Assembly: GCA_946614165.1 (NCBI GenBank)
Contig: CAMOGQ010000003.1
Span: 8,056 to 72,055 of the forward strand
DNA from: an uncultured Lachnospiraceae bacterium
GTDB taxonomy: Bacteria > Bacillota > Clostridia > Lachnospirales > Lachnospiraceae
DNA length: 64,000 nucleotides
Reading direction: 5' to 3'
Part shown: positions 28,212 through 37,947 of the stretch, one piece after another
Numbering within the stretch: the stretch's first letter is position 1
Layout of the letters: the number at the start of each line of letters is the position of its first letter
The notes under the pieces: model-generated
Told to the model about the DNA's origin: nothing
What the model saw: only the letters and a program-made list of their open reading frames with translations
The model's database searches: none
Position numbers and translations under genes: made by a program

Positions 28212-28934
28212 TCATGAAGGGGATGGCAGAAGGATATTCCCCAGGCGGATGCCCTCTTCCCGGAGGCAGTCTTCATAGGAAAGGATCCTTTCATCCGCAG
28301 GGACAGGATCAGAGTCCTTCCCCCGGTAGAGGACCCCCGCCATGCCGGCGCCGTTTGCGCCTGCCACGTCCTTCGTCCAGGAATCTCCGATAAAGACGCA
28401 CTCGCTGTTTGCAAGGCCGGCCTTTCTGGCGCACCAGTCAAATACCTTAGAGTCCGGCTTTTCGGTGCCAACCTCCTCGCTGGTCACAAGTATGTCGATA
28501 TAGGGCCAGAGGCCAAGAGCCTCCAGCTTTCTGAACTGGATCATGGCCGTCATGTTGGTGCCCACGCCGGTCACAAGGCCTGCGGCCTTCAGGACTTTCA
28601 GGAGGGGGACCAGGCCGGGCTCCGGAGAAGCCTGGCCGATCAGGGTATCCCAGTAAAGGGAGGCCAGGGCCATGGCATGGGGATGGATGGGAAGAGAAAG
28701 GTCCTCCAGCATCATCTGGTAGCGGATCAGACGGTTGTGGGTGGATCCGCTGTCATAACCGATCCTCTCCCTGGATTCCCGGAAGGCCCTGCCAAGGGCC
28801 TTCCGGGCGGCCTCCGGCTCCATACCGAAATGTTCCTTCATATAGGAAACGATGGCTTCCCTGCCCAGGCGGTCGCCCCTGTCATAGTCGTAGAGGGTGC
28901 CGTCCAGGTCGAAAAAGACTGCCTTAAAAGCCAT
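28212..28934 (-). CDS. HAD-family phosphatase
   Basis: FDLDGTL, GTN, EKPD and IGDSWTKD. Confidence 0.9.
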   Translation of the reverse strand: MAFKAVFFDLDGTLYDYDRGDRLGREAIVSYMKEHFGMEPEAARKALGRAFRESRERIGYDSGSTHNRLIRYQMMLEDLSLPIHPHAMALASLYWDTLIGQASPEPGLVPLLKVLKAAGLVTGVGTNMTAMIQFRKLEALGLWPYIDILVTSEEVGTEKPDSKVFDWCARKAGLANSECVFIGDSWTKDVAGANGAGMAGVLYRGKDSDPVPADERILSYEDCLREEGIRLGNILLPSPS

Positions 28935-28959
28935 GGCCCGGTTCCTTTCCTTATAAGAT

Positions 28960-30024
28960 TCACTCTGTCAGAGTGTAATATGCTACTTCGTTGATCTCAC
29001 GGTTGGTGCCTACGAGGATGTCCTTTCCGTCCTTGTCGATAAAGTGGAGGGCGTTGGCACAGCCGGTGTTCTGATCGATGAATTCGGTCTTATAATTGCC
29101 TGCTTCCGCATCCCATGTGATACGGATGGTATCCTTGGTTCCCTTTCTCCAGCCGACGATCCATGAGGGCTTTCCGAGAATCGTATCCGCCCATGTGGCA
29201 TGGAGCATTTCCGTATCCTTCTCGGGAACGGGATATTTCCACTGAGGCACATAGTTGCCGTGGGCATCCTGATGATAGATGCTGAGGGAATTGCCGTGGA
29301 AATCGGAGATCATGCCCAGCTCGGGCTTTCCGTCGCCGTCCAGGTCGATCAGGACGGAATCGCTTGTGGGAACAGCGGTGATCTGTTCGATCTCCCAGTC
29401 AGCACCCAGAACTGCGGGCGGGGAGAAGAGGAAGGAGCCTTCTTCGCAGCCTACCAGGGCAGCGTCGTAGCCGCCGTGGCTGACCTTGGAATAACCGTGG
29501 TTCTTGAGCATGCTGTCCATGAGGAGAGTGAGCTCCAGGGGATGCTCGTCGTCAAAGCCGGACAGATCGGAGGGAAGGAGGGCGCCGTAGCATGCGCCGG
29601 GGAAACGCCAGTCGTTCTTGTATTCCATGCCGGATTTGATGCAGCAGACGATCAGATAGTTGTAGCCGCCTCTTTTCAGGATGCCGAAACGGTGTACGAA
29701 GGGAGCCTTGCAGAGGGTGCGGACCTGCCAGTTGTCCTTTCCCACGCGGGTTACGATCTCGATCCTGGCCTTGAAGCCGTCGTTGGGGGAATAGAACTGT
29801 CTTGTGGACAGGAACTGGCCGTCGGCGCCGGGTACGGGAGCCATGGTCATGACACCGCCCATATCCTTCCATACGGTCTCAAGCTTTGTGCCGTCCTCGG
29901 CAAACAGATAGCAGGGATCATCCTTTTCGGCGCCTACCAGAAAGCAGTGCTTTCCTTCCACGGTGATCTCGCACATTGCATAACATTTTGTAAGATCGGA
30001 AATGACCTTCTTTTCGACTTTCAT
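28960..30024 (-). CDS. Uncharacterised cytoplasmic beta-propeller-like protein
   Basis: 354 aa, beta-rich repeats, FG-GAP-like DLDGDGKPEL, no signal peptide. GGAGG SD; first gene of the leftward ula operon. Confidence 0.7.
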   Translation of the reverse strand: MKVEKKVISDLTKCYAMCEITVEGKHCFLVGAEKDDPCYLFAEDGTKLETVWKDMGGVMTMAPVPGADGQFLSTRQFYSPNDGFKARIEIVTRVGKDNWQVRTLCKAPFVHRFGILKRGGYNYLIVCCIKSGMEYKNDWRFPGACYGALLPSDLSGFDDEHPLELTLLMDSMLKNHGYSKVSHGGYDAALVGCEEGSFLFSPPAVLGADWEIEQITAVPTSDSVLIDLDGDGKPELGMISDFHGNSLSIYHQDAHGNYVPQWKYPVPEKDTEMLHATWADTILGKPSWIVGWRKGTKDTIRITWDAEAGNYKTEFIDQNTGCANALHFIDKDGKDILVGTNREINEVAYYTLTE

Positions 30025-30440
30025 ATTTAATCAACCTCCTGGCCCGTATATGCCGGAAACGAACCCGGTTTATGGAAGACCGGCAAAACGAACATAAAAA
30101 CAGAACATAAAACAGAATATAAAGAACAGCAACGAAAGAACGGTTATCAGAATAAGGAAGTCAAGCGAACGAATTTTATGTTATTATAAGGCAGATATGG
30201 CGGAAATACAAGGATTATCGGTAAATAATATATGCATGATTGTTAACTTGTATTAATGAAAATTTGGCATTATTACTATAATTATCGAACAAAACCGCGA
30301 TAATCCCCAAAAAGCCAGAGAGAAAATCTTCTGAAAAGTGTGGTTTTATGCGAAAAACTGACAAAAAGCAAATATTGTCAATTTTGACAATTAGTTATGC
30401 CTAACTAACGAATGAACGTAAATACCGAACATAAATCTGC

Positions 30441-30470
30441 TTGAAAATGCAACGAGCAAATCCTTATAAT
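30441..30470 (+). promoter_or_regulatory. SigA-type promoter of the ulaG operon, flanked by GAACATA boxes
   Basis: TTGAAA, an 18-nt spacer, then TATAAT. CGAACATA at 30426-30433 and GAACATA at 30485-30491. Confidence 0.65.
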
Positions 30471-30588
30471 TGACTGAGAATAAAGAACATATAGCGAATG
30501 ATGCAACTGTCAACCGTACCGGAGAGGCGCCTGAGGCCCTTCGGGAAAGCACTCAAAAACCAGTATCTTTTTTATAGGAGGTAGGTAC

Positions 30589-31692
30589 ATGAGCAAAATC
30601 TCTGAAATGACGAGAGAGAAGTGGATCAACAGCACCTTCCCGGAATGGGGAACATGGCTCACAGAGGAGATCGAAGGCTGGGATGTCAAGCCCGGTTCGG
30701 TCGCCATGTGGTGGCTCGGCTGCGTCGGCATGTGGTTCAAGACCCCCGGCGGCGCCAACATTACAGTTGACTTCTGGGCAGGAAACGGCAAGCGTTCCCA
30801 CGGCGACGGCAAGATGAAGGTCGGCCATCAGATGGCCAACATGGCAGGCGTCCGCGCCATGCAGCCCAACCTGCGCAACGTTCCCTTCGTGATCGATCCT
30901 TTCAAGATCCAGGGCCTGGACGCTGTTCTCGCAACACATCTTCATCAGGACCACATGAGCGCTGAGCTGGCCGCACAGGTCGTCAATACCGGCATGACCA
31001 CCACTACAGCCGACGGCAAGACCATTCCCACACCTTTCATCGGCCCCGCAAAGTGCGTGGACATCTGGGTAGGCTGGGGCGTTCCGCGCGAGCAGTGCAT
31101 CGTTGTAAAGCCCGGCGACAGCGTCAAGATCAAAGACATCGAGATCGTTGCCCTGGATGCTTTCGACAGGACCATCCTTGTAACTACCGATTCCACCGGC
31201 GCAGACCGTGAAGAGCTGTACGGCAAGTGCCCTCTGGACATGGACGAGAAGGCAGTCAACTACCTGATCAAGACCCCCGGCGGAAACATCTATCATTCCG
31301 GCGACTCCCACTACTCCATCTACTTCGCAAAGCACGGCAAGGACTATGACATCGACGTCGCTACGGCAGCCTTCGGCCTCAACCCCGTGGGCATCCAGGA
31401 CAAGATGGAATGCACGGATGTTCTGCGTATGGCGGAAGCCCTTAACTGCAAGGTCGTTATCCCGATCCATCACGACGTATGGAGCAACTTCCAGGCAGAC
31501 GTCAACGAGATCAAGGTGATCTGGGAGATGAGAAAAGACCGTCTGGATTACAAGTTCCATCCTTTCTTCTGGGAAGTCGGCGGACACTATGTATATCCCG
31601 ATGACAAGGACAAGATGGCATATCATCACGACAGAGGCTTCCATGACTGCTTCGAATATCCTCAGAACGTGCCTTTCAGATCCGTACTTTAA
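30589..31692 (+). CDS. ulaG: L-ascorbate-6-phosphate lactonase
   Basis: N-terminus [44 protein letters not shown] and IPIHHDVW, all characteristic of UlaG. Confidence 0.95.
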   Translation: MSKISEMTREKWINSTFPEWGTWLTEEIEGWDVKPGSVAMWWLGCVGMWFKTPGGANITVDFWAGNGKRSHGDGKMKVGHQMANMAGVRAMQPNLRNVPFVIDPFKIQGLDAVLATHLHQDHMSAELAAQVVNTGMTTTTADGKTIPTPFIGPAKCVDIWVGWGVPREQCIVVKPGDSVKIKDIEIVALDAFDRTILVTTDSTGADREELYGKCPLDMDEKAVNYLIKTPGGNIYHSGDSHYSIYFAKHGKDYDIDVATAAFGLNPVGIQDKMECTDVLRMAEALNCKVVIPIHHDVWSNFQADVNEIKVIWEMRKDRLDYKFHPFFWEVGGHYVYPDDKDKMAYHHDRGFHDCFEYPQNVPFRSVL

Positions 31693-31802
31693 TGAAAGAT
31701 AAAGAACCTTCTCTCCCGCAGGGTCCTGCGGCCGGCGCGGGAGGGACGGTCCTTAAGAAGACAGCCTGATAAGGAACAAAACTCATAAAGGAAAGGAACA
31801 TA

Positions 31803-32285
31803 ATGGGAACAGTTTTACAGGATATCGTTGAAAAGAAACATTATCGTTTTGTCGACGAGGAAATGACCTGGCAGGAAGGCGTGCGCCAGAGCTGCCTTTC
31901 CCTCGTTGAAGACGGCAGCGTTGATGCTGACTATTACAAGCAGATCGTTGCCTGCGTCGAGAAGTACGGCCCCTACGTAGTATTTGACCACTATGTAGCA
32001 ATGCCCCATTCTCAGGAGAACGCTGAAGGCGTCCATAAGACCGGTATCGGTTTCATGGTAAATAAACAGATTGTGGATTTCGGTGAGGACGACGGTGAAA
32101 GGAAGTTGGCGAAGCTCTTCTTTACACTGGCCGCCTGCAATCCGGATGAACACATGAACAACATCGAGCAGCTTACGCAGATCTTCATGAACGAGCCTCT
32201 GCTGGATGCTCTGATGGAAGCCGAGACCCCGGAAGATATTCTGAAGGCCGAGGCAGACCATCCTTTCGAGGATGATTTCTATTAA
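31803..32285 (+). CDS. ulaC: PTS ascorbate EIIA
   Basis: TWQEGVR, YGPYVV and AMPHS (phospho-His); cluster context. Confidence 0.88.
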   Translation: MGTVLQDIVEKKHYRFVDEEMTWQEGVRQSCLSLVEDGSVDADYYKQIVACVEKYGPYVVFDHYVAMPHSQENAEGVHKTGIGFMVNKQIVDFGEDDGERKLAKLFFTLAACNPDEHMNNIEQLTQIFMNEPLLDALMEAETPEDILKAEADHPFEDDFY

Positions 32286-32317
32286 TCCTATTCATTGATT
32301 AGAAAGAGGGGAAAACA

Positions 32318-33805
32318 ATGAACATTTTATTTGGAATCTGGAGTTTCTTCGCGACCTACATTCTGCAGAAGGCTCCTTACATGGTCGGTTTCCTGACCCT
32401 GCTGGGCTACTGCCTGATGGGCAAGAAGTGGTATGACACCCTGGCCGGCACACTGAAGGCTATCATCGGTATGCTGATCCTGAATGCAGGTTCCGGCGGA
32501 CTGACATCCAACTTCCGTCCCATCCTTGCAGGTCTGAAGGACAGATTCAACCTGACCGCAGCTGTTATCGACCCTTACTACGGCCAGAACGCTGTTACCG
32601 CAGGTGTTGAGGAAGTCTTCGGAAAAGCTTTCTCCGGCGCTATGCAGCTGCTGCTGATCGCTTTCATCGTCAACATCCTTCTTGTTCGTTTCAACAAGAT
32701 CACAAAGTGCCGTACACTTTTCACCACCGGCCACGTACAGGTTCAGCAGGCAGCTACCGCTTACTGGCTGATCCTCTTCGCACTGCCTCAGCTGCATGAC
32801 AACGGCATCGCTCTGATGGCTGTCATGGCATTCATCCTGGGCGCTTACTGGGCCGTCGGCTCCAACCTGACCGTCAAGCCCATGCAGGAGCTTTCCGAAG
32901 GCGCAGGCTTCGCCATCGCTCACCAGCAGATGTTCGGTATCCGTCTTGGCTACTGGGCAGCCGGCAAGTTCTTCGCTCCCAAGGACGGCAGCGAACCCAA
33001 GAAGGTCGGCGACCTTGAGATGCCCGGCTTCTTCTCCATCTTCAACGAGAACATGGTATGTACCGCTATCCTGATGACCGCTTTCTTCGGCGTCATCATG
33101 GCTCTGATCGGCAAGCCTTTCTTCGTTGAATCCGGTGCCACAAAGGAAACCGAGAACTTCGTATTCTACTGCTTCAACACCTCCCTGCAGTTCGCCGTTT
33201 ATCTGGCAATCCTGCAGCTGGGCGTCCGTACTTTCGTTACCGAGCTGACAGCTTCCTTCCAGGGTATCGCTGACAAGCTTCTTCCTTCCTCCGTTCCCGG
33301 CGTCGACTGCGCAGTCTGCTTCGGTTTCGGTGATGCAAACGCTGTTACCTTCGGCTTCCTTGCAGGTCTGGTCGGTCAGCTGATCGCTATCCTGGTTCTG
33401 ATCCTGGTAGGTTCTCCTACTCTGATCATCTGCGGATTCGTTCCCGTATTCTTCGATAACGCCACCATCGGTCTGGTAGCAAATGAAAAGGGCGGCATCA
33501 AGGCCTGCCTGATCATTCCTTTCCTTTCCGGTCTCATCCAGGTCTTCGGCGCAGCCCTTATTTCCGGCTGGGTAGGTCTGGCACAGTACGGCGGCTATCT
33601 GGGCATGTTCGACTGGGATACCGTATGGCCTATCTTCACAGTTCTGATGAAGTATCTGGGCTACATCGGCGTTGCCATCGTCGTTGTCGTTCTTCTGGCT
33701 CTGCCTCAGATCGAGTATCGTCAGGATCCCGAAGGCTACTTCCTGATCACAGAGGATTACGATGCTTATCTTGAGCACATTGAGAACAAGAAGGCAAAGG
33801 CCTGA
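32318..33805 (+). CDS. ulaA: PTS ascorbate EIIC
   Basis: Polytopic membrane protein with FTTGH, AHQQMF, GVRTFVTEL..SFQGI, VDCA and FFDNAT motifs. Confidence 0.92.
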   Translation: MNILFGIWSFFATYILQKAPYMVGFLTLLGYCLMGKKWYDTLAGTLKAIIGMLILNAGSGGLTSNFRPILAGLKDRFNLTAAVIDPYYGQNAVTAGVEEVFGKAFSGAMQLLLIAFIVNILLVRFNKITKCRTLFTTGHVQVQQAATAYWLILFALPQLHDNGIALMAVMAFILGAYWAVGSNLTVKPMQELSEGAGFAIAHQQMFGIRLGYWAAGKFFAPKDGSEPKKVGDLEMPGFFSIFNENMVCTAILMTAFFGVIMALIGKPFFVESGATKETENFVFYCFNTSLQFAVYLAILQLGVRTFVTELTASFQGIADKLLPSSVPGVDCAVCFGFGDANAVTFGFLAGLVGQLIAILVLILVGSPTLIICGFVPVFFDNATIGLVANEKGGIKACLIIPFLSGLIQVFGAALISGWVGLAQYGGYLGMFDWDTVWPIFTVLMKYLGYIGVAIVVVVLLALPQIEYRQDPEGYFLITEDYDAYLEHIENKKAKA

Positions 33806-33955
33806 TCCGAAGGTATCTGAATAAAAGGTATCTTCAGGTAATGCTTTTATCGGCTGATTGGGGTAAAATAAATCAGTAAATATTATTTGATCCGGGTGCC
33901 GGAGGGCCATGGCCTTCCGGCAGATCCGGAAAACTTTATGGAAAGGGGTTTACAA

Positions 33956-34264
33956 ATGGCTAAACTTGACAACAAAAAAATTCTGGCTTGCTGCGCAAAC
34001 GGTGCAGGTTCTTCTCTGATGATGGAAAAGGCAATTGACAAAGTTATGAAGAAATACGGCATTAAGCCCGCTGAGCTTCGTCACTGCCCCGTTTCCGAAG
34101 GCAAATCCGCAGCCCGTAACTATGATCTGGTATTCTGTGCAAAGACTTTCGTCAAGACCTTTGAAGGCGTTGAGAAGAACGGCACGATCCTGATCCCGCT
34201 TCGCAATGTTATGTCCGCTAAGGAAATCGAAGATGCTCTGAAGGCAGCAGATCTGCTCGACTGA
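33956..34264 (+). CDS. ulaB: PTS ascorbate EIIB
   Basis: ILACCANGAGSSLMM P-loop. Start placed at ATG 33956 after AAAGGGG. Confidence 0.88.
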   Translation: MAKLDNKKILACCANGAGSSLMMEKAIDKVMKKYGIKPAELRHCPVSEGKSAARNYDLVFCAKTFVKTFEGVEKNGTILIPLRNVMSAKEIEDALKAADLLD

Positions 34265-34290
34265 TCGTCGGTTCGATCGCCAGACACCCG

Positions 34291-34332
34291 GACCGGCCGG
34301 CAGAGACGTCTTTTGCCGGCCGGTCTTTTTTT
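34291..34332 (+). terminator. Intrinsic terminator after the PTS genes
   Basis: GACCGGCCGGCA...TGCCGGCCGGTC followed by a T-run. Confidence 0.85.
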
Positions 34333-34501
34333 ACCCTGCTGACTTACTTTTTGAAATAATCTGTAACTGTTTCACTGGAAAATCATTGAACATGTTGAAC
34401 TTGTACAGGTGACAGTGCGTGAAACCCCCTTTTTACAAGGAAACAGTTATGCTAGAATGAAAGACGTCGATTGAAATATTTCAAAAACAGCAGGTGTTTA
34501 A

Positions 34502-35278
34502 ATGAAAAACAACAGAAGAGCAGTAGAGGAAAGACAGCTTGGCATCCTGAACACGGTTCGGGAAAAGGAAGAGATCAGCGTCGAGGAACTGGCAGGGACT
34601 TTCGGGATCTCTCTGATGACGGTCAGAAGGGACCTTCAGTATCTGGAGGACAGGGGACTTTTAAAACGCATACACGGCGGTGCTGTTTCCCTTGAAAAAG
34701 GGAGCGGTCCTCTTACGGAAGAGGAAAAGATCCGGATCTGCCGGGCCAGGATCTCGGAGTATGCGGCCAGATTCGTTTCCGACCGTGACACTCTGTTTAT
34801 CAACGGGTCTCTTACGGCCCTGGATATGCTGTCCTATGTAAAGGACAAAAAGGTAACCGTCTTTACCAACAACTGCCATGCGGTCGAGAGGACATTTCCG
34901 GACGGCGTCTCCATTCATCTGACGGGAGGCGAAGTCAGGGAGCATGTCATGATCGGCGATTATGTCATGCGCAATCTCCTGAATATGTCGGCGGACAAGA
35001 CCTTCATAGGCTGTGCCGCCGTATATGACGACGGAGAATTCCGCTATGATATCCCCACGGAGATCGGCATCAACGAGTCAATGATCAGCATGACCGAGAA
35101 AGAGATCTATATTCTGGCGGATCATTCCAAGATCAGACGCAGGGGAGTTGATGAAAACAAATATGGAAGCTGTATTTATGATCAGCCTGTGACCCTGATC
35201 ACGGATGACCAAGTAAACCCGGCTCTGATCGAAAGACTCAGAAGGACCGGTATGGAAGTCATACAGGTGCAGGTCTGA
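34502..35278 (+). CDS. DeoR/GlpR-family repressor (UlaR-like)
   Basis: HTH 'SLMTVRRDL..LE..G...RIHGGA' plus DeoR sensor domain (LADHSK). Confidence 0.9.
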   Translation: MKNNRRAVEERQLGILNTVREKEEISVEELAGTFGISLMTVRRDLQYLEDRGLLKRIHGGAVSLEKGSGPLTEEEKIRICRARISEYAARFVSDRDTLFINGSLTALDMLSYVKDKKVTVFTNNCHAVERTFPDGVSIHLTGGEVREHVMIGDYVMRNLLNMSADKTFIGCAAVYDDGEFRYDIPTEIGINESMISMTEKEIYILADHSKIRRRGVDENKYGSCIYDQPVTLITDDQVNPALIERLRRTGMEVIQVQV

Positions 35279-35316
35279 TCCGTAAAACAGACTGGAACCG
35301 AAGAAAGGATTCTTGT

Positions 35317-36141
35317 ATGACTGACTATTCAAGACTGCTGCTGTATGTCCCCGGCATTCTTATTTTTCTGGTGGGATCCGGTCAGGTCCGCCGTTTTCTG
35401 ACCCTCCGCAGGGCGGAAAAACAGGGAACGGCCCATTACGGCAGCGTCGTGATCTGCAATCACGTTGTCAAGAAGGACAAGCAGGACCGGGAAGTATTCA
35501 ACTATTACAACACGGTCGTGGAATTCGTGAACGGGCAGAATCATAAGGAGCGTCAGGCCATCAAGACGCCCTCTGCCTATGCCGTCGGCCAGCAGCTGAG
35601 GATTTATAAGGAACCCGGCAGCATAGCCTATTCTCTGATCGAGGATCAGAACCAGCAGCTGTTCAATCCCTGGGAGCTGATGATCGGAGGAGCCCTGTGC
35701 ATCCTGCTTGCGCTGGAGACCAACCAGGGCAACGAGATCGGTGCCATGATCTGCCTCGCAGCCCTTCTTTTCGGGGCGGGAGCATCCCTGGTCGCCGACA
35801 ACATAGGCCTGAAAAAAAGAAACCTCAAGGCTCTGGACGGTGAGATCGTGGAAGTTTACAGCAGGCAGATCTCCCGCGCCACCAAGATCCTGAAAGGCGA
35901 TAAATTTACCTATTATCCAATCGTGCGCTACCAACTGGACGGGAAGGAAAATATCCGCAAGTGCAACATCAATTCCAGCAACGCGAAATCCTTCAAGGTC
36001 GGCGAGCACATGAAACTTTACTACGATCCTGAAAAGAGAGCGGTTTTCGAAAGACAGGCCAACCGGTTCGTCATGGCTGTGGGGATCCTTCTGATCGTCA
36101 CAGGCGCCCTGGCAGGCCTGAGCATCCTGTCCGTGCTCTGA
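35317..36141 (+). CDS. Membrane protein with two DUF3592-like repeats
   Basis: A TM / beta-rich / TM unit occurs twice (YYNTVVEF...VGQQLRIY and YYPIVRY...VGEHMKLYYDP). Confidence 0.6.
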   Translation: MTDYSRLLLYVPGILIFLVGSGQVRRFLTLRRAEKQGTAHYGSVVICNHVVKKDKQDREVFNYYNTVVEFVNGQNHKERQAIKTPSAYAVGQQLRIYKEPGSIAYSLIEDQNQQLFNPWELMIGGALCILLALETNQGNEIGAMICLAALLFGAGASLVADNIGLKKRNLKALDGEIVEVYSRQISRATKILKGDKFTYYPIVRYQLDGKENIRKCNINSSNAKSFKVGEHMKLYYDPEKRAVFERQANRFVMAVGILLIVTGALAGLSILSVL

Positions 36142-36189
36142 GCAGTGTGTGCATTTTTTATCCGGAGGAAAAAGGGAAAGGAGACAGCA

Positions 36190-36891
36190 ATGTTAGAAGC
36201 TTTAAAACAGCAGGTCTATGAAGCCAATATGGAGCTGCCCAAAAGAAAACTGATTACCTATACCTGGGGCAACGTCAGCGGCATCGACCGTGAGAGCGGC
36301 CTCTTCGTAATCAAACCCAGCGGTGTGGATTATGACAGCCTGAAGCCCGAAGACATGGTCGTCATGGACCTTGACGGCAACAAGGTGGAAGGAAGATACA
36401 ATCCTTCCGTAGACACAGCCACACATATCGAAATCTACAAGGCATTTGGAGAAGTGGGCGGTATCGTCCATACACATTCTCCCTGGGCCGCCGCATGGGC
36501 ACAGGCAGAGCGCGAGATCCCCTGCTACGGAACCACACAGGCAGACTATTTCTACGGAAAGGTCCCCTGCTGCCGCGTTCTGACCAAGGAAGAGATCGAA
36601 GGCGATTATGAGAAGAACCAGGGCCTTGCCATTGTCGAGCTGTTTGAAAAAGAAGGCCTGAATCCCATGTATTATCCCGGCGTCGTCTGTGCCCATCACG
36701 GTCCCTTCACATGGGGCAAGGATGCGGACCAGGCTGTTTATCACGCCGTTGTTCTTGAGGAAGTGGCAAAGATGAGCGCATGGACAGAGCTGGTCAATCC
36801 TCAGGCTGTTCCCGCTCCCCAGTACATGCTGGACAAGCACTTCCTGCGTAAGCACGGCGCCAATGCCTACTACGGCCAGGGTGACCATTAA
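36190..36891 (+). CDS. araD: L-ribulose-5-phosphate 4-epimerase (AraD/UlaF)
   Basis: TWGNVSG, VIKPSG, VHTHS, HHGPFTWG and KHGANAYYGQ. Start placed at ATG 36190. Confidence 0.95.
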   Translation: MLEALKQQVYEANMELPKRKLITYTWGNVSGIDRESGLFVIKPSGVDYDSLKPEDMVVMDLDGNKVEGRYNPSVDTATHIEIYKAFGEVGGIVHTHSPWAAAWAQAEREIPCYGTTQADYFYGKVPCCRVLTKEEIEGDYEKNQGLAIVELFEKEGLNPMYYPGVVCAHHGPFTWGKDADQAVYHAVVLEEVAKMSAWTELVNPQAVPAPQYMLDKHFLRKHGANAYYGQGDH

Positions 36892-37116
36892 GTAAAGATG
36901 CAGCAGCTGTACGGAAGGATGCGTTTTCCTGTGCAGCAAGTTGGACTGGCCCGGCATTGCCCATTTTCCCTGCCTTTGGCAGAATGTAGGCAGACCGGGA
37001 CAGCAGAGCCGGTTTCCGCAGAGGGCCGGCATCTGCGGAATACAAATCCTGCTTCAGAGACTTATCAGACAAGCACCAGGCAGGTGCCGCAGTCACATGC
37101 GGCAGAAAGGGAAAAT

Positions 37117-37947
37117 ATGACTATTCAGGAATTAAAGAAGATGGCCAATGAGGTCCGCAAGGGCATCCTCATTTCAACCCATGCCGCCAAGGCGGGACAT
37201 CCCGGCGGATCTCTGTCCGCAGCAGATGTCTTTACATATCTCTATTTCGAAGAGATGAACATCGATCCCAAGAACCCCAAAGATCCCGACCGTGACCGTT
37301 TCGTCCTTTCCAAGGGACACACGGCTCCCGGCCTTTATGCCGCACTGGCCAACAGAGGCTATTTCCCTCTGGACTGGCTGCCGACCCTGCGCCACACAGG
37401 TTCCGACCTGCAGGGACATCCCTGCATGCAGCATACCCCCGGCATCGACCAGAATACCGGATCTCTGGGCCAGGGCATTTCCGCAGCTGTAGGCATGGCG
37501 CTCTATGCAAAGATGAATAACAAGTCCTACCGCACCTACACCCTTCTGGGCGACGGCGAGATCGAGGAAGGCATGGTCTGGGAAGCCGCTATGTTCGCAG
37601 GCTACCGCAAGCTGGACAACCTCTGCGTCATCGTTGACAACAACAACCTGCAGATCGATGGTCCCATCACCGAAGTCTGCAGCCCTTATCCCATCGACAA
37701 GAAGTTTGAAGCCTTCAACTTCCATGTGATCAACGTGGCAGACGGCAACGACATGGAGCAGCTGGCAGCAGCCTTCAAGGAAGCAAGAGAGTTCAAGGGA
37801 GCTCCTTCCGCCATCATCATGAAGACCCTTAAGGGCAAGGGCGTATCCTTCATGGAGAACCAGGTTTCCTGGCACGGCGTAGCACCCAATGACGAACAGT
37901 TCGCGATCGGTATGGCAGATCTGGAGAAGATCGGGGAGGCATTATGA
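37117..37947 (+). CDS. Transketolase, N-terminal (ThDP-binding) subunit
   Basis: GHPGGSLS, DRFVLSKGH, GSLGQG and the GDGE...DNN ThDP motif. Start placed at ATG 37117. Confidence 0.93.
   Translation: MTIQELKKMANEVRKGILISTHAAKAGHPGGSLSAADVFTYLYFEEMNIDPKNPKDPDRDRFVLSKGHTAPGLYAALANRGYFPLDWLPTLRHTGSDLQGHPCMQHTPGIDQNTGSLGQGISAAVGMALYAKMNNKSYRTYTLLGDGEIEEGMVWEAAMFAGYRKLDNLCVIVDNNNLQIDGPITEVCSPYPIDKKFEAFNFHVINVADGNDMEQLAAAFKEAREFKGAPSAIIMKTLKGKGVSFMENQVSWHGVAPNDEQFAIGMADLEKIGEAL

Noticed and set aside
30085-30130. Short periodic repeats as a CRISPR array or iterons
   Set aside because: The units are only 7-12 nt with no spacers, and no cas or rep genes are nearby. They are better explained as operator boxes.
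36898-37116. N-terminal extensions in the ORF track (metF, wzm, GT, kinase, ulaB, araD, tkt, leuA, the Trp-binding lipoprotein, the 55718 AraC gene)
   Set aside because: Downstream ATGs have SD sequences and match the family N-termini, while the extensions run through leaders, terminators or neighbouring genes.
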